The notes: generated by a model not told the origin, from the sequence alone. A DNA stretch of 64,000 nt from Clostridia bacterium (GCA_017625695.1 JAGAKI010000069.1:2228-66227); one strand, 5' to 3'; positions 36,041-45,957 are shown, numbered from the stretch's first letter. Program-made: numbers and translations.

Positions 36041-38323
36041 TTGAAAAAAAGCAGAAAAAATCTAACCTTCGGCAAACTGTTCTGGACAGCCTTAAAAGCA
36101 ATTTTTAAAGTTTTGATTCCCGTGGCTTTCTTTGTGGGAATTGCATTGGTAATTTTTATCATTGCGGCGGCAGAACCCATTGATGTGGATGATTTGCGCC
36201 TGGATTTAACCAGTAGCATCTGTTATTTAAACGAAGACGGAAAGGTCATGGAATTTGAAACAATTTCCGGCTCGACCAACCGTTTCTGGGTGGAATATGA
36301 TAAGGTTCCCCAACATATGAAGGATGCTTTCATCTCCATTGAAGATGAGCGTTTCCTTTCCCACAAGGGGTTTGACATCAAGCGTACCACCAAAGCAGTA
36401 TTTGACTATTTCCGGGTAGGCTCCAAAGCACAGGGCGGAAGTACCATCACCCAACAGCTGGTGAAAAACCTTACCAATAACCAGAAGCGTACCCCCATCC
36501 GTAAAATCCAGGAAATCTGGATTGCCTACCAGCTGGAACGGCAGTTGACCAAGGACCAGATTTTAGAACTCTATATGAACACCATCTATCTGGCGCAAGG
36601 GGTAAACGGTGTACAAACCGCTTCTCAGCTGTACTTTGACAAAGACGTTTCTGAACTGAGTCTGGCACAGTGTGCCTCCATTGCGGGTATCACCCAGTAC
36701 CCCAGTTACTATGACCCTTTCCTGCAACCGGAAAACAACAAAAACAAACAGGAAGTTGTCCTCAGAAAAATGCTGGAATTGGGCAAAATTTCCCAGGAAG
36801 AACACGACCAGGCTGTAGCAGAAAAACTGGACTTTAAAAAAGGCAATATGAAAGTCACGGTTTCCTCCCAGTCCTATATGGCAGAAACCGTAATCTCCGA
36901 CGCCATTGATTTATTGGTCAATGAAAAAGGCATTTCCGAAACCATTGCCAAAAAGAAAATCTTATCCGGCGGTTATCAGATTATTTCTACCGTAGATCCC
37001 AAGGTTCAGGCCGCCATCGACAAAGTATTTAAAGATCCCTCCAATTTCCCCTCCTCTCCCTACAGCGAATATCCTCAGGGTGCTATCGTGGTCATGGACC
37101 CTCAGACCGGTCATATCAAAGGTCTGTATGGCGGAATTGGTCCCAAACCCGGTTTATATTCCTTAAACCGTGCCATCGCAACCACCCGCCAGCCCGGTTC
37201 CTGTATCAAACCAATTGCAGTTTATGCACCGGCAGTAGAAGAAGGTCTCATCACTCCCAACACCCTCTATACCGACCAGAAGGTTTCCTACGGAAGCTGG
37301 AGCCCCAAAAACTATTACAGTGGTTTTCGCGGCTCTATGACGGTACAGCAGGCAGTTGCCCAGTCAGTCAACACCATCCCGGTGCAAATTCTGGATTCTC
37401 TGGGCGTGGACAAGTCCTATAAATTTTTGAAAAACAAAATGCATATTTCCAGCCTGGTGGAAGAAGACAAAGGTCTGGCAGCATTGGCACTCGGCGGCAT
37501 GACCAACGGAATCTCCGTAAAAGAAATAACTGCAGCCTATGCTACGTTCGGCAACAACGGTGTCTATACCGAACCGGTTACCATTTTGGAAATCCGTGAC
37601 AGCTACGGAAAACCCGTGGTTAAAGTGACCCCGGAAACCACAGTGGCAATGAGCGAAAAAACAGCTTCTGCAATGCATCAGATGCTTTGTAGTGTTATCA
37701 ACTACGGTACCGGTACTGCCGCCCGGATTTCCGGCGTTCAGGCAGGTGGAAAAACAGGGACCACCGATGAAGACAAAGACCGTTGGTTTGTGGGATACAC
37801 TCCCAACTATGTGGCAGCGGTATGGTACGGATTTGATACCCCGAAAGGAATGGATTATGTCAGCGGAAATCCGGCATTAAACGCCTGGAAAAAAGTGATT
37901 GGTCCTCTGATGGAAACTGCGCCAGAACGGGAATATACCACCAAATCCACCGGAAAATACTACTACTCAGAACCCAAACCGGATACAGATGATGTAAAAG
38001 TCAGCGTTTGCAGTTTTTCGGGACTCTTACCCGTTCAGTATTGCTACGATACCAAAACCGTAACGGTATCCAGTTTCCCACCCGATCAGCAACCTACGCT
38101 GTACTGTTCGGAAGAAATCCACTTGAATCCGGATGCAAATTCCGGCGAAGTCACCACTCCCGATGAATCTGGAAATTCCGGTACAGTTCCCCCGGTTTCG
38201 GGTGAGCCAACTGCTCCCACCGAACCCATAGCTACGCCGATGGCAGAACCCACGGATGCACCTGTAACAGATCCCGTAACCCCACCCGTTTCAGACCCGG
38301 CAGTGGTAGCTCCGGCAGCATAA
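36041..38323 (+). CDS. class A penicillin-binding protein (transglycosylase/transpeptidase) with Pro/Thr-rich tail
   Basis: 760 aa, TTG start after AGGTGA. Motifs EDERFLSHKGFD, GGSTITQQL, SCIKP (SxxK) and KTGTT. Confidence 0.9.
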   Translation: MKKSRKNLTFGKLFWTALKAIFKVLIPVAFFVGIALVIFIIAAAEPIDVDDLRLDLTSSICYLNEDGKVMEFETISGSTNRFWVEYDKVPQHMKDAFISIEDERFLSHKGFDIKRTTKAVFDYFRVGSKAQGGSTITQQLVKNLTNNQKRTPIRKIQEIWIAYQLERQLTKDQILELYMNTIYLAQGVNGVQTASQLYFDKDVSELSLAQCASIAGITQYPSYYDPFLQPENNKNKQEVVLRKMLELGKISQEEHDQAVAEKLDFKKGNMKVTVSSQSYMAETVISDAIDLLVNEKGISETIAKKKILSGGYQIISTVDPKVQAAIDKVFKDPSNFPSSPYSEYPQGAIVVMDPQTGHIKGLYGGIGPKPGLYSLNRAIATTRQPGSCIKPIAVYAPAVEEGLITPNTLYTDQKVSYGSWSPKNYYSGFRGSMTVQQAVAQSVNTIPVQILDSLGVDKSYKFLKNKMHISSLVEEDKGLAALALGGMTNGISVKEITAAYATFGNNGVYTEPVTILEIRDSYGKPVVKVTPETTVAMSEKTASAMHQMLCSVINYGTGTAARISGVQAGGKTGTTDEDKDRWFVGYTPNYVAAVWYGFDTPKGMDYVSGNPALNAWKKVIGPLMETAPEREYTTKSTGKYYYSEPKPDTDDVKVSVCSFSGLLPVQYCYDTKTVTVSSFPPDQQPTLYCSEEIHLNPDANSGEVTTPDESGNSGTVPPVSGEPTAPTEPIATPMAEPTDAPVTDPVTPPVSDPAVVAPAA

Positions 38324-38339
38324 AAATTACAGAAGATAC

Positions 38340-38379
38340 AAAAAAGGCTGTGAATTTTACTGATTCACAGCCTTTTTTT
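38340..38379. terminator. bidirectional terminator between PBP gene and def
   Basis: GGCTGTGAAT-loop-ATTCACAGCC flanked by A6 and T7. Confidence 0.8.
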
Positions 38380-38791
38380 AAATCAGAATTCCGTTGCAAT
38401 GATCAATCTCGTGCTGGATAATCTGTGCCGTCCATCCCTCAAAGGTTTGCAAACGTTTTTTGCCATCCTGAGTCTGATACTCTACCTTGATTTTTTTGTA
38501 CCGTTTGGCAAGACGAGGACCGCCCAATAAGGACAGACACCCCTCCTGGGTATCATAGGCCCCCTCCTGCTTGATAATTTCGGGATTGAACATCACCTGA
38601 TAGCCTTTGTCCGACAAAAAACAGATGATCCGCTTGGATTCTCCAATCATATTGGCCGCCATTCCTACACATTCCTCTGAATGTGCCGTAATGGTATCCA
38701 CTAAATCTTTGGCAATGTGTGCATCCTCCTTGGTTGCCGGTTGGGAAGGCTTTGCTAAAAACAAGGGGTCGTGCATCAATTCTCGTATCAT
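38378..38791 (-). CDS. def: peptide deformylase
   Basis: 137 aa with GMAANMIG, EGCLS and HEIDH motifs. Confidence 0.9.
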   Translation of the reverse strand: MIRELMHDPLFLAKPSQPATKEDAHIAKDLVDTITAHSEECVGMAANMIGESKRIICFLSDKGYQVMFNPEIIKQEGAYDTQEGCLSLLGGPRLAKRYKKIKVEYQTQDGKKRLQTFEGWTAQIIQHEIDHCNGILI

Positions 38792-38794
38792 AAA

Positions 38795-39100
38795 TTACTC
38801 CTTTTCTGCTTCCACATAAAAGCTGACGGGACGGAAGCCGTCATTACAGGAAATCATGGCAGAATATGGATTTTTCATCCAACCGTCATAGAAATTCCCG
38901 CCACCTGAAGCCAGCGTTTTGACAAAGGGTTTCATACTTTCCCAGGCACTTTCGCACAGTCCTTCCGGTTTCTGTGCGTTCACACTGACAAAGGTCTGTC
39001 CGACCATAACATCACAAGCATGCTCAATGGGATTTTCATATAGTTTCATCAAATCCGGATATTCACTTTTTCTTATCACAGTAATTGTAACAGTTTTCAT
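38795..39100 (-). CDS. TIGR04076-like small Cys-containing protein
   Basis: Start moved to ATG 39100 (MKTVTITVIRKSEYPDL...), which overlaps the upstream stop by 1 nt (TAATG). Family assignment is from memory of this sequence pattern. Confidence 0.5.
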   Translation of the reverse strand: MKTVTITVIRKSEYPDLMKLYENPIEHACDVMVGQTFVSVNAQKPEGLCESAWESMKPFVKTLASGGGNFYDGWMKNPYSAMISCNDGFRPVSFYVEAEKE

Positions 39101-39648
39101 TATAATTTCACGTCCTTCAGTCGTTGCTTCAAACGTTTCCAGTCGGGACAGACTGTTTCCAGTTGTGCATAAAACGTTTGCGAATGGTTCGGCACCAGAA
39201 AATGGGTCCATTCGTGCCACACCACGTAGCTGATACATTCATAAGGGGCATAGCAAAGATTTTTGTTAAACGTCAGAATTCCCTGCTTCGGTCGGCAATT
39301 TCCCCATTGGGAGGTCATTTTCCGGAATTTGATTTGGGGATAGGAAATCCCCTTTTCCCGATAATAGGGATAAATCGCTTCGCATAGTCCTTTCACCAAG
39401 CGAATCAGTTCCGCTTCCGAATACTGTGCCACCGCTTCACCGCCGTGTTCCCACGTTTTTAGATGCTTCATAATCCAATCCGACTTCTCTGCCACAAAAG
39501 AAGAAATTTCCGACTCCTGACATCTCGGATGAGCAGAAACCCAGACTCTTCCATCATTTTCCAGATGTAAAATCAGATGTTTGACCGATTTTCTCCGAAT
39601 CTCATACGAAAGTGAGGTTCCATCCGGCAATAACAATGTTTTTTCCAT
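39100..39648 (-). CDS. YgjP/DUF45-type (M48-like) metal-dependent hydrolase
   Basis: 182 aa with HEWTHFLVPNHS (HExxH). Confidence 0.8.
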   Translation of the reverse strand: MEKTLLLPDGTSLSYEIRRKSVKHLILHLENDGRVWVSAHPRCQESEISSFVAEKSDWIMKHLKTWEHGGEAVAQYSEAELIRLVKGLCEAIYPYYREKGISYPQIKFRKMTSQWGNCRPKQGILTFNKNLCYAPYECISYVVWHEWTHFLVPNHSQTFYAQLETVCPDWKRLKQRLKDVKL

Positions 39649-39657
39649 ACCGACTCC

Positions 39658-40278
39658 TCAATTTTCACCGGATTTTACCACACAGATTCCGTAAATGACT
39701 CCGATGACGGTGTAAGGAATCAAAAGCAGAAGGCAAACAATCGCCGCAATGGGCGGTAAGAAAATACTGATCAGAAACAAAACGCCCATGATTGCCGTTT
39801 CATATCCCAAAAAACGGTTGATTTTTCTTGCTTTAGCGGTATCTATTTGATAATGCTTCACGTAATCCAGTTTTGGCAGATAATTTCCGGTAACCAATAG
39901 GATTCCACCTACCAGCAGGGACGCTGTCATCCGGATATCAATCTTCCAGCTAAGTCCGTATCCCAGGGTTACAAAGTAGAGTACCACAGTAATCACCGGG
40001 AGTATCCACTTACTGACCCACTCGACTTTTTTCTGTTCTCCTCTTGTTTTGGATTGCAAATCAACTGCCACACAGGCAACAGCCTGAAACAATCCCATCA
40101 GACACGGCAATCCATATACCACAAAGCCTTTGGGGGCAAAATGATCGGGTTCTCCATTAAAATTAAAATGAATCGCCATAGTTTCGGGCAGACGTTCCCA
40201 CCACACAACCCCCAAAAGAATGGGCAACAAACAAATCAGAACGGTAATCAAAAGAATTCTAAATCGAATCGTTTTCAT
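39658..40278 (-). CDS. SdpI/DUF1648-family membrane protein
   Basis: 206 aa and polytopic. Overlaps and follows an ArsR/SdpR-type regulator gene. Confidence 0.7.
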   Translation of the reverse strand: MKTIRFRILLITVLICLLPILLGVVWWERLPETMAIHFNFNGEPDHFAPKGFVVYGLPCLMGLFQAVACVAVDLQSKTRGEQKKVEWVSKWILPVITVVLYFVTLGYGLSWKIDIRMTASLLVGGILLVTGNYLPKLDYVKHYQIDTAKARKINRFLGYETAIMGVLFLISIFLPPIAAIVCLLLLIPYTVIGVIYGICVVKSGEN

Positions 40279-40544
40279 TCTTTTTTTCCTCCCAAAGTAT
40301 AAATCCAGGTAATCACTTCTTCAAATACCGATGTGTTCAGATAATAATAGATATAATTTTTATACTTTTCTTCCGCAATCAAATCTGCCGCTTTCAGTTT
40401 GGATAAATGATACGACACCGTCGCTCCCGTCAGTTGAAACTGCTCGCCGATTTCCCCTGCAGACTTTTTTCCGCTTTTTAATAAATTTAAAATATCTCTG
40501 CGGACCGGGTCGGAGATTGCTTTCAAGGTTTCATTCATTCCCAT
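40275..40544 (-). CDS. ArsR/SdpR-family autorepressor
   Basis: 89 aa. LKAISDPVRRDILNLL...GEIGEQFQLTGATVSYHLSKL is a winged HTH. Confidence 0.85.
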   Translation of the reverse strand: MGMNETLKAISDPVRRDILNLLKSGKKSAGEIGEQFQLTGATVSYHLSKLKAADLIAEEKYKNYIYYYLNTSVFEEVITWIYTLGGKKE

Positions 40545-40655
40545 AGAAGGTTTCTCCTCATCTTTTTCGATGTTTTTCTAAATAGATTGTAACACAGATT
40601 CCGCAGCCTGTCAATAGCTATTTCGATTTTCTTCTAAATAGGTTAAAATTACCGG

Positions 40656-40693
40656 TGAAAAAGGCATAGGATATGCTATAAATCCTATGCCTT
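40656..40693 (-). terminator. terminator hairpin, copy 2 of the AAGGCATAGGA/TCCTATGCCTT element
   Basis: Same 11-bp stem and similar loop as 5373-5409. T5 follows on the minus strand, downstream of the NifX-like gene. Confidence 0.7.
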
Positions 40694-40721
40694 GTTACAT
40701 TTATGTGCTATCAATAGCCGT

Positions 40722-41120
40722 TTAGTGACAACTGTGGCTGCCGCAACCGTGATCCCCGCAAGTATGTCCTTCTCCATGATGATGTCCGTGATGATTACAT
40801 GTTACATCAGGACGATAGGCCAGCTTTCCGTCAAGATAAGCCTGTACTGCTTCATCGCAGTTGCCTGTCACACCGCCGAACAACTGAATTCCTGCATCAT
40901 GCAGTGCAACTTGCGCACCGCCGCCGATACCTCCGCAGATTAACACCTCTACGTCGAATTCCGCTAACAGGCGGGAAAGAGCACCGTGACCGCTGCCGCC
41001 GGTAGAAACCACCCGGGAAGTAAGGATTTTTCCATCTTCAATTTCATAAATTTTAAAAAACTCGGTATGACCGAAATGCTGAAAAATCATTTCGTTTTCA
41101 TAAGTTACTGCAAGTTTCAA
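40722..41120 (-). CDS. NifB/NifX-family (dinitrogenase FeMo-cofactor-binding fold) protein with His/Cys-rich tail
   Basis: 132 aa. MKLAVTYENEMIFQHFGHTEFFKIYEIEDGKI... plus the C-terminal NHHGHHHGEGHTCGDHGCGSHSCH. Confidence 0.8.
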   Translation of the reverse strand: MKLAVTYENEMIFQHFGHTEFFKIYEIEDGKILTSRVVSTGGSGHGALSRLLAEFDVEVLICGGIGGGAQVALHDAGIQLFGGVTGNCDEAVQAYLDGKLAYRPDVTCNHHGHHHGEGHTCGDHGCGSHSCH

Positions 41121-41196
41121 ATGATAACATTCCTCTCTATATCAATTTCAATATTCACAGTATACCACTTTTTTATAAGGATGTAAAGGGATTTTC

Positions 41197-41225
41197 TTGC
41201 TTTTTTTGAAAAAACGTGCTATACT
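41197..41225 (+). promoter_or_regulatory. promoter TTGCTT-17 nt-TATACT with TGc extended -10
   Basis: Hexamers at 41197-41202 and 41220-41225. Confidence 0.5.
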
Positions 41226-41258
41226 ATTGTTCATAAAAAACGAAAGGAGGAACAGTAG

Positions 41259-42128
41259 ATGCTTTCAGGAGAAGTTGCTCTACTACAATGGCTGGAACAG
41301 TTTCGTACACCATTTTGGAATGTATTTTGGGAAACCGTGACCCTGTTGGGAGAAGACACTGTTTTCATTTTTTTGATTGCCGCCTTGTACTTCCTTCGCG
41401 ATAAAAAACTGGCATACCGCATTTCTTTTTTAGCTGTCACCTCTTTAGGATTGAACGGAATTCTAAAAAATACCTTACAAATTCCCCGTCCTTTTGCCGA
41501 AGGAGAGATTACCGGAATTCGTGCTGAAACAGCAACCGGATATTCCTTTCCCAGCGGGCATACCCAGAATTTCACCACATGGAGCGTGGCATTGGCAGAC
41601 ACTAAAAAGCAAAAAAAATGGCTGATTCTTGCCATTGTTCTATCCGTCGGAGTAGCTTTTTCTCGCCTGTTTTTAGGGGTACACTATCCCAGCGATGTCA
41701 TCGCAGCTTTGCTGCTTGGAATCGGGATTTCCCTGCTTGGCAACCGGCTGTATGATATCATCGAAAATAAGAACAGATTATACCTTGGCATCTTTCTGCT
41801 CTTAACTCCGTTTTTCCTTTGGTTTTTATCTGTCCCAAATCCCTTATTTGAAGATTTCTTCAAATGCTACGGGATGATGGGCGGATTTCTGATATCTGTA
41901 AGAATCGAACAAAAACACGGACAATTCAGAGAAGATGTTTCCTTCCTGTTCCGCCTTTGCCGGATGATTGTAGGAGTTGCTGTCGCACTTTTCTTAAAAG
42001 CGTTACTTTCCGCCTGTTCTCCCAACGAAGTGCACCTGGCACTTTTATGGGACAGCTTGCGGTATTTTCTGTTGGTTTTGATCATTTTCGGGGGATATCC
42101 CGTTTTTTTAAACAAATGTAAACTGTAG
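41259..42128 (+). CDS. PAP2-family membrane phosphatase
   Basis: Motifs KNTLQIPRP, PSGHT and SRLFLGVHYPSDV. Confidence 0.85.
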   Translation: MLSGEVALLQWLEQFRTPFWNVFWETVTLLGEDTVFIFLIAALYFLRDKKLAYRISFLAVTSLGLNGILKNTLQIPRPFAEGEITGIRAETATGYSFPSGHTQNFTTWSVALADTKKQKKWLILAIVLSVGVAFSRLFLGVHYPSDVIAALLLGIGISLLGNRLYDIIENKNRLYLGIFLLLTPFFLWFLSVPNPLFEDFFKCYGMMGGFLISVRIEQKHGQFREDVSFLFRLCRMIVGVAVALFLKALLSACSPNEVHLALLWDSLRYFLLVLIIFGGYPVFLNKCKL

Positions 42129-42141
42129 AGGAGATGTTACC

Positions 42142-42660
42142 ATGAATTTTTATGAACTGGCAAAAAGCCGTTATTCCGTGAGAAGTTTTAAGGATGAGAA
42201 AATCTCGAAAGAAACCATAAACAAAATCTTAGCCTATGGGCATCTGGCTCCCACAGGCTGTAATTTGCAACCACAGCGAATTTTGGTGTTAAACGAAGAA
42301 GAATCTCTCGCCAAACTGAAAGAATGTACCAGAAGCCATTTTGACGCACCTCTGGCGATGCTTGTCTGCTATCACAAGGAGGAAGGGTGGACTCGTCGGT
42401 ATGATGGTGCAAAATCGGCACCCGTAGACTGCTCCATTGTTACCACTCATTTGATGTTAGGCGCCTGGGAAATGGGAATCGGCTCCTGTTGGGTGATGAG
42501 CTTTGACCCGCAGAAAATGAAAGAAAATTTCAACATCCCCAAAGAACTGGACCCTGTGGCACTGTTGGTGATGGGTTACCCTGCAGAGGACAGTGTTCCC
42601 AATCCTCTGCACAATCAGTTCCGCCCTTTAGAAGAAATTGTATCTTACGAAGCATTTTAA
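42142..42660 (+). CDS. nitroreductase family protein
   Basis: 172 aa with RYSVRSF near the N-terminus and typical nitroreductase length. Confidence 0.8.
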   Translation: MNFYELAKSRYSVRSFKDEKISKETINKILAYGHLAPTGCNLQPQRILVLNEEESLAKLKECTRSHFDAPLAMLVCYHKEEGWTRRYDGAKSAPVDCSIVTTHLMLGAWEMGIGSCWVMSFDPQKMKENFNIPKELDPVALLVMGYPAEDSVPNPLHNQFRPLEEIVSYEAF

Positions 42661-42722
42661 TGGTTAATATTACGAAACAGCACCCCAAAAGTGATTCAAC
42701 TTTTGGGGTGCTTTGTTTTGCG

Positions 42723-43658
42723 TTATTTTACAGGAACAAACTGATATTCGGTTACGGTTGCCGCAGGATAGAAAGGAGTACCGTTCAGATAGGTCAGAAC
42801 CAAACTTCCGTCTTTCACATCCCAGCGGTAAATACCGTCCACATCTGTGTGAAGCCCCGTAGCGCCAGGCATTTTGGAATCCTGCGTGCTACCGCCAAAC
42901 TCCATGCGAATTCTACCATCAGATATTACCATCCAATGTCCATGGTATGAACCGGTCATTGTTTCACCTTGGAAGGAATACTCTACTCCGTCAGGCGAAA
43001 TGGATAATTTCAAATCAACAACATCACCGTTGAATTCAGAAACCTTACAAACCCAATCTCCGTAAAAATCCCACTCAACCGTAGGATCCCAACCATTAAA
43101 CTGTGCCATCAGCTCATAGGGAGAAAATTCATAAATCTTTTGTTCAGAATTATCCATAGTTCCGTTCTGCAAAGAAAGACAGGGAACAAATTCTGTCACT
43201 GCATCTCCGCTTTTTGCTACAATCATCAGATTTGGCGTAATGTCGCTGATATTGCCACGAACGAGAATCGGTTGCCCGTTTTTCACGGTGATCAGTTGCT
43301 CACCCTTTTGCAAAACGGATTCCGAAGACATTTCTGCTTTATACACACTCAAAGTAACATGTTCGTCGGCGGGAATCACACAATAAAGCTCATTTCCTTC
43401 GTTCTGTATAAACGACTTTTCGGGAATCTCCTGAAGGAACGGATAGTTTTTTACGTATTCCTGTCCGTCAATAAAATTCTGTACTGCGTCATAATCGCCT
43501 TCCACAGTACCAAGATAAGCCACACCGAACGGTTTTTCGGAACCCTGAATCTGATTTCTGATATCAATAAAGTAGGGATTATGATCCAAAGATGCACCGC
43601 AAGCAGTCAATAAACATAAGCACAACAAGATGCAAAACAGTTTTTTCATCTTTCTCAT
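42723..43658 (-). CDS. lipoprotein, function unknown
   Basis: Start moved to ATG 43658. MRKMKKLFCILLCLCLLTAC carries a lipobox (LTAC). Confidence 0.65.
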   Translation of the reverse strand: MRKMKKLFCILLCLCLLTACGASLDHNPYFIDIRNQIQGSEKPFGVAYLGTVEGDYDAVQNFIDGQEYVKNYPFLQEIPEKSFIQNEGNELYCVIPADEHVTLSVYKAEMSSESVLQKGEQLITVKNGQPILVRGNISDITPNLMIVAKSGDAVTEFVPCLSLQNGTMDNSEQKIYEFSPYELMAQFNGWDPTVEWDFYGDWVCKVSEFNGDVVDLKLSISPDGVEYSFQGETMTGSYHGHWMVISDGRIRMEFGGSTQDSKMPGATGLHTDVDGIYRWDVKDGSLVLTYLNGTPFYPAATVTEYQFVPVK

Positions 43659-43773
43659 AGAATTTTCTCCTTTTTTCTTGTTCGCAGACAAGTATACCAC
43701 AAAATGCGATATTTGTAAAGACATTTCCACAAAAAAACGGCATCTTTTTAGATGCCGTTTTTCATAGTTACTT

Positions 43774-45957
43774 TTAGTATTTTTTCCAGAATTTCATGGA
43801 ATTTTCACATGCTTTTTTCAAATCGCCACTGGGTTTGGTCCGGTAATTTTCGGTAGACAGGGTAAATACATAATCTTGTTCGGTGAAGCTGATATTGGGT
43901 TCCAATCCCTGGTTTTCTCTACCGAAATGTAAAGACAGCCAGGTGAAGTAAGCCATCCAACGCTTTTTATAGTAACCGGAGAGCATACCGTCATATTCAC
44001 GGAATGCATAGTCTCTTAAACGGAACCGTCCGGGTTTACCGCACCAGAGCGTCATCATATTTTTCACGTTATATTCAAAGATTCTCTTTTCGGTATCGTT
44101 TCTGCCGTAGTCTCTTGCACGCTGAATCCATGCACCGAGTAAGGTATGTTCGTTGGTACGAACAACAGCTTCCTGCAGGTCATAGAGTTTTAAGAAACGT
44201 CGTGCTTCTTTTTCAAACTGAGCACGTTTGCCACCTTTATACGCGTTTTTCATTGCTTCAATGATTTCCCAACCGTAATCGGCATTTGCCTGACGGCAGA
44301 GTTCCATCAAATCGAAGCGATAACATTCGTTATCTTTTAATTTATCATATTCTTTCAACATCAGCTGAGTTGCTTTCTGCAGAATTTCAATGGGATACGG
44401 ACTTCCGCCCCGTGATTCAAACCAACCAACGGTACGAACGTTGATGTTGGGGCAGGTACACAGGGAAGAAGATTTACTTGCATTGTATGCAAAACCTTTC
44501 CACAGAGTGTAGATATTTTCAATGACCAGATCATAGGCTTCTTTGATATTTTCGTTGTAGTAACCGTATCTTGCTTTGAAGAACCGTTCCACAAAATCAT
44601 CCTGCTGCAACGGTTTTTCACGGATGGTGTTAGACGCCAGTACATCATAGATGATTTCGTCGGTTTCGATCCCTTCCATTGCCATACCGATACCAACCAT
44701 CATATCGTTTAAAGAACCGGGCTGCTGCAATTCAAAAGGCTGATTCAAAAACTCGGGAATATTACCGGTAAATCTCTGCACGCCACCGAAGTTACCAATC
44801 TGCATATACATATAAGGATAATCACCAAACAGTTCTTTTGCAGTATTTACTACACGGTCGCCGGACAGCAGACCGATTAATACTTCTTCGTGTTTTAACA
44901 CGTTCAGCAATTCCTGTCTGGGATTCCCAACCCAGCCCTGATAGAACCATACATTACCGTCGGAATATTTTTTCATAGTTTCGATATTGGTTTTGGAATA
45001 TTCCGCAATATCAATACCGTCAGTAATACCGCCTTCGTGGAAGGGGTCACCGCCATAGTAGTGAATTTCACCGAAATGTTCTTTGGATTTTCTGTAATAA
45101 ATTTCCGCCATTTTTTCATACAAAGGATCATGCACATCAATCAACGGAGGACGATCACCCTTTTGTGCCAGATTCCAGGTACCCTGTGCATAAATTTTAG
45201 CATTCGGATATTTATCACAGATATTGTTGGGCACTTTTCCGTAGAATGCAGGACGAATCACATCACCGCCAAAATCACGGAGACGTTCGGTCATTTTATT
45301 TGCCAGCATCTTCTGGTCTTCGTACCACCATGCGGGAATATCCCCACCAAATTCGCTGATGTTACCCATAATCTGCCAGGGAAGCATACCTGCTCCGCAG
45401 ATATCGTCATTGGCTTCCTGTGCGGTATAGCCAATTTCCATCAGCATATCTCTCCATACAATTTCGTGACCCAACTGGTTTAACACCAGGTTAATCCCTG
45501 CCAATAACATCCAGTCAATCAATTTTTCATACTGTTCCCATTTCCAATAAATGCAAGTGTAAACATAGGTACAGTAATTCATAAAGTAACGATATAAAAA
45601 TACTGATTTATTTTCAATCACTTCACCAACCACAGGCGGTTTTTTCGGCAAAGCTTTCACATCCTGGGTAATGGGACCGAAAAATACGTGACATTTTTCT
45701 TTCAAATAGGTATTAAACGCAACGGCAGCCGCAACACCGGAGGTTGCTTCAATTACAATCTTACCGTCTTTGTCATACATCTTATATTGATCCATACCGG
45801 TTTTTTCTTCCGCAATCTGTTTGATTACAAAATTCTTACGATAAGTTTTGGAACCAGTAACACGTTCAATCAAATCCAGCACAGCTTCTTCTTTTAAAGT
45901 AGTGCCGAGGTTTTGTTTTTTGACGTTTGCAATTTTGTCGAAAACTTTTTTATCCAT
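43774..45957 (-). CDS. alpha-N-acetylglucosaminidase (GH89, NAGLU-like), no signal peptide
   Basis: Start moved to ATG 45957 behind AGAGAGG. Long collinear resemblance to my recollection of human NAGLU blocks (MVGIGMAMEGIETDEIIY, LLGAWIQRARDYG, MTLWCGKPG...RDYAFREYDGMLSGYYKKRW). Confidence 0.85.
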   Translation of the reverse strand: MDKKVFDKIANVKKQNLGTTLKEEAVLDLIERVTGSKTYRKNFVIKQIAEEKTGMDQYKMYDKDGKIVIEATSGVAAAVAFNTYLKEKCHVFFGPITQDVKALPKKPPVVGEVIENKSVFLYRYFMNYCTYVYTCIYWKWEQYEKLIDWMLLAGINLVLNQLGHEIVWRDMLMEIGYTAQEANDDICGAGMLPWQIMGNISEFGGDIPAWWYEDQKMLANKMTERLRDFGGDVIRPAFYGKVPNNICDKYPNAKIYAQGTWNLAQKGDRPPLIDVHDPLYEKMAEIYYRKSKEHFGEIHYYGGDPFHEGGITDGIDIAEYSKTNIETMKKYSDGNVWFYQGWVGNPRQELLNVLKHEEVLIGLLSGDRVVNTAKELFGDYPYMYMQIGNFGGVQRFTGNIPEFLNQPFELQQPGSLNDMMVGIGMAMEGIETDEIIYDVLASNTIREKPLQQDDFVERFFKARYGYYNENIKEAYDLVIENIYTLWKGFAYNASKSSSLCTCPNINVRTVGWFESRGGSPYPIEILQKATQLMLKEYDKLKDNECYRFDLMELCRQANADYGWEIIEAMKNAYKGGKRAQFEKEARRFLKLYDLQEAVVRTNEHTLLGAWIQRARDYGRNDTEKRIFEYNVKNMMTLWCGKPGRFRLRDYAFREYDGMLSGYYKKRWMAYFTWLSLHFGRENQGLEPNISFTEQDYVFTLSTENYRTKPSGDLKKACENSMKFWKKY

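Noticed and set aside
39101-39238. Track-extended starts of several ORFs (38795-39238, 42723-43730, 43774-46008, 22946-23041, 20263-20397, 19568-19660, 28788-28877, 62711-62728).
   Set aside because: In each case an internal start has a far better RBS and gives a proper signal peptide, a lipobox or a family-typical N-terminus. The extensions overlap upstream genes or promoter elements.
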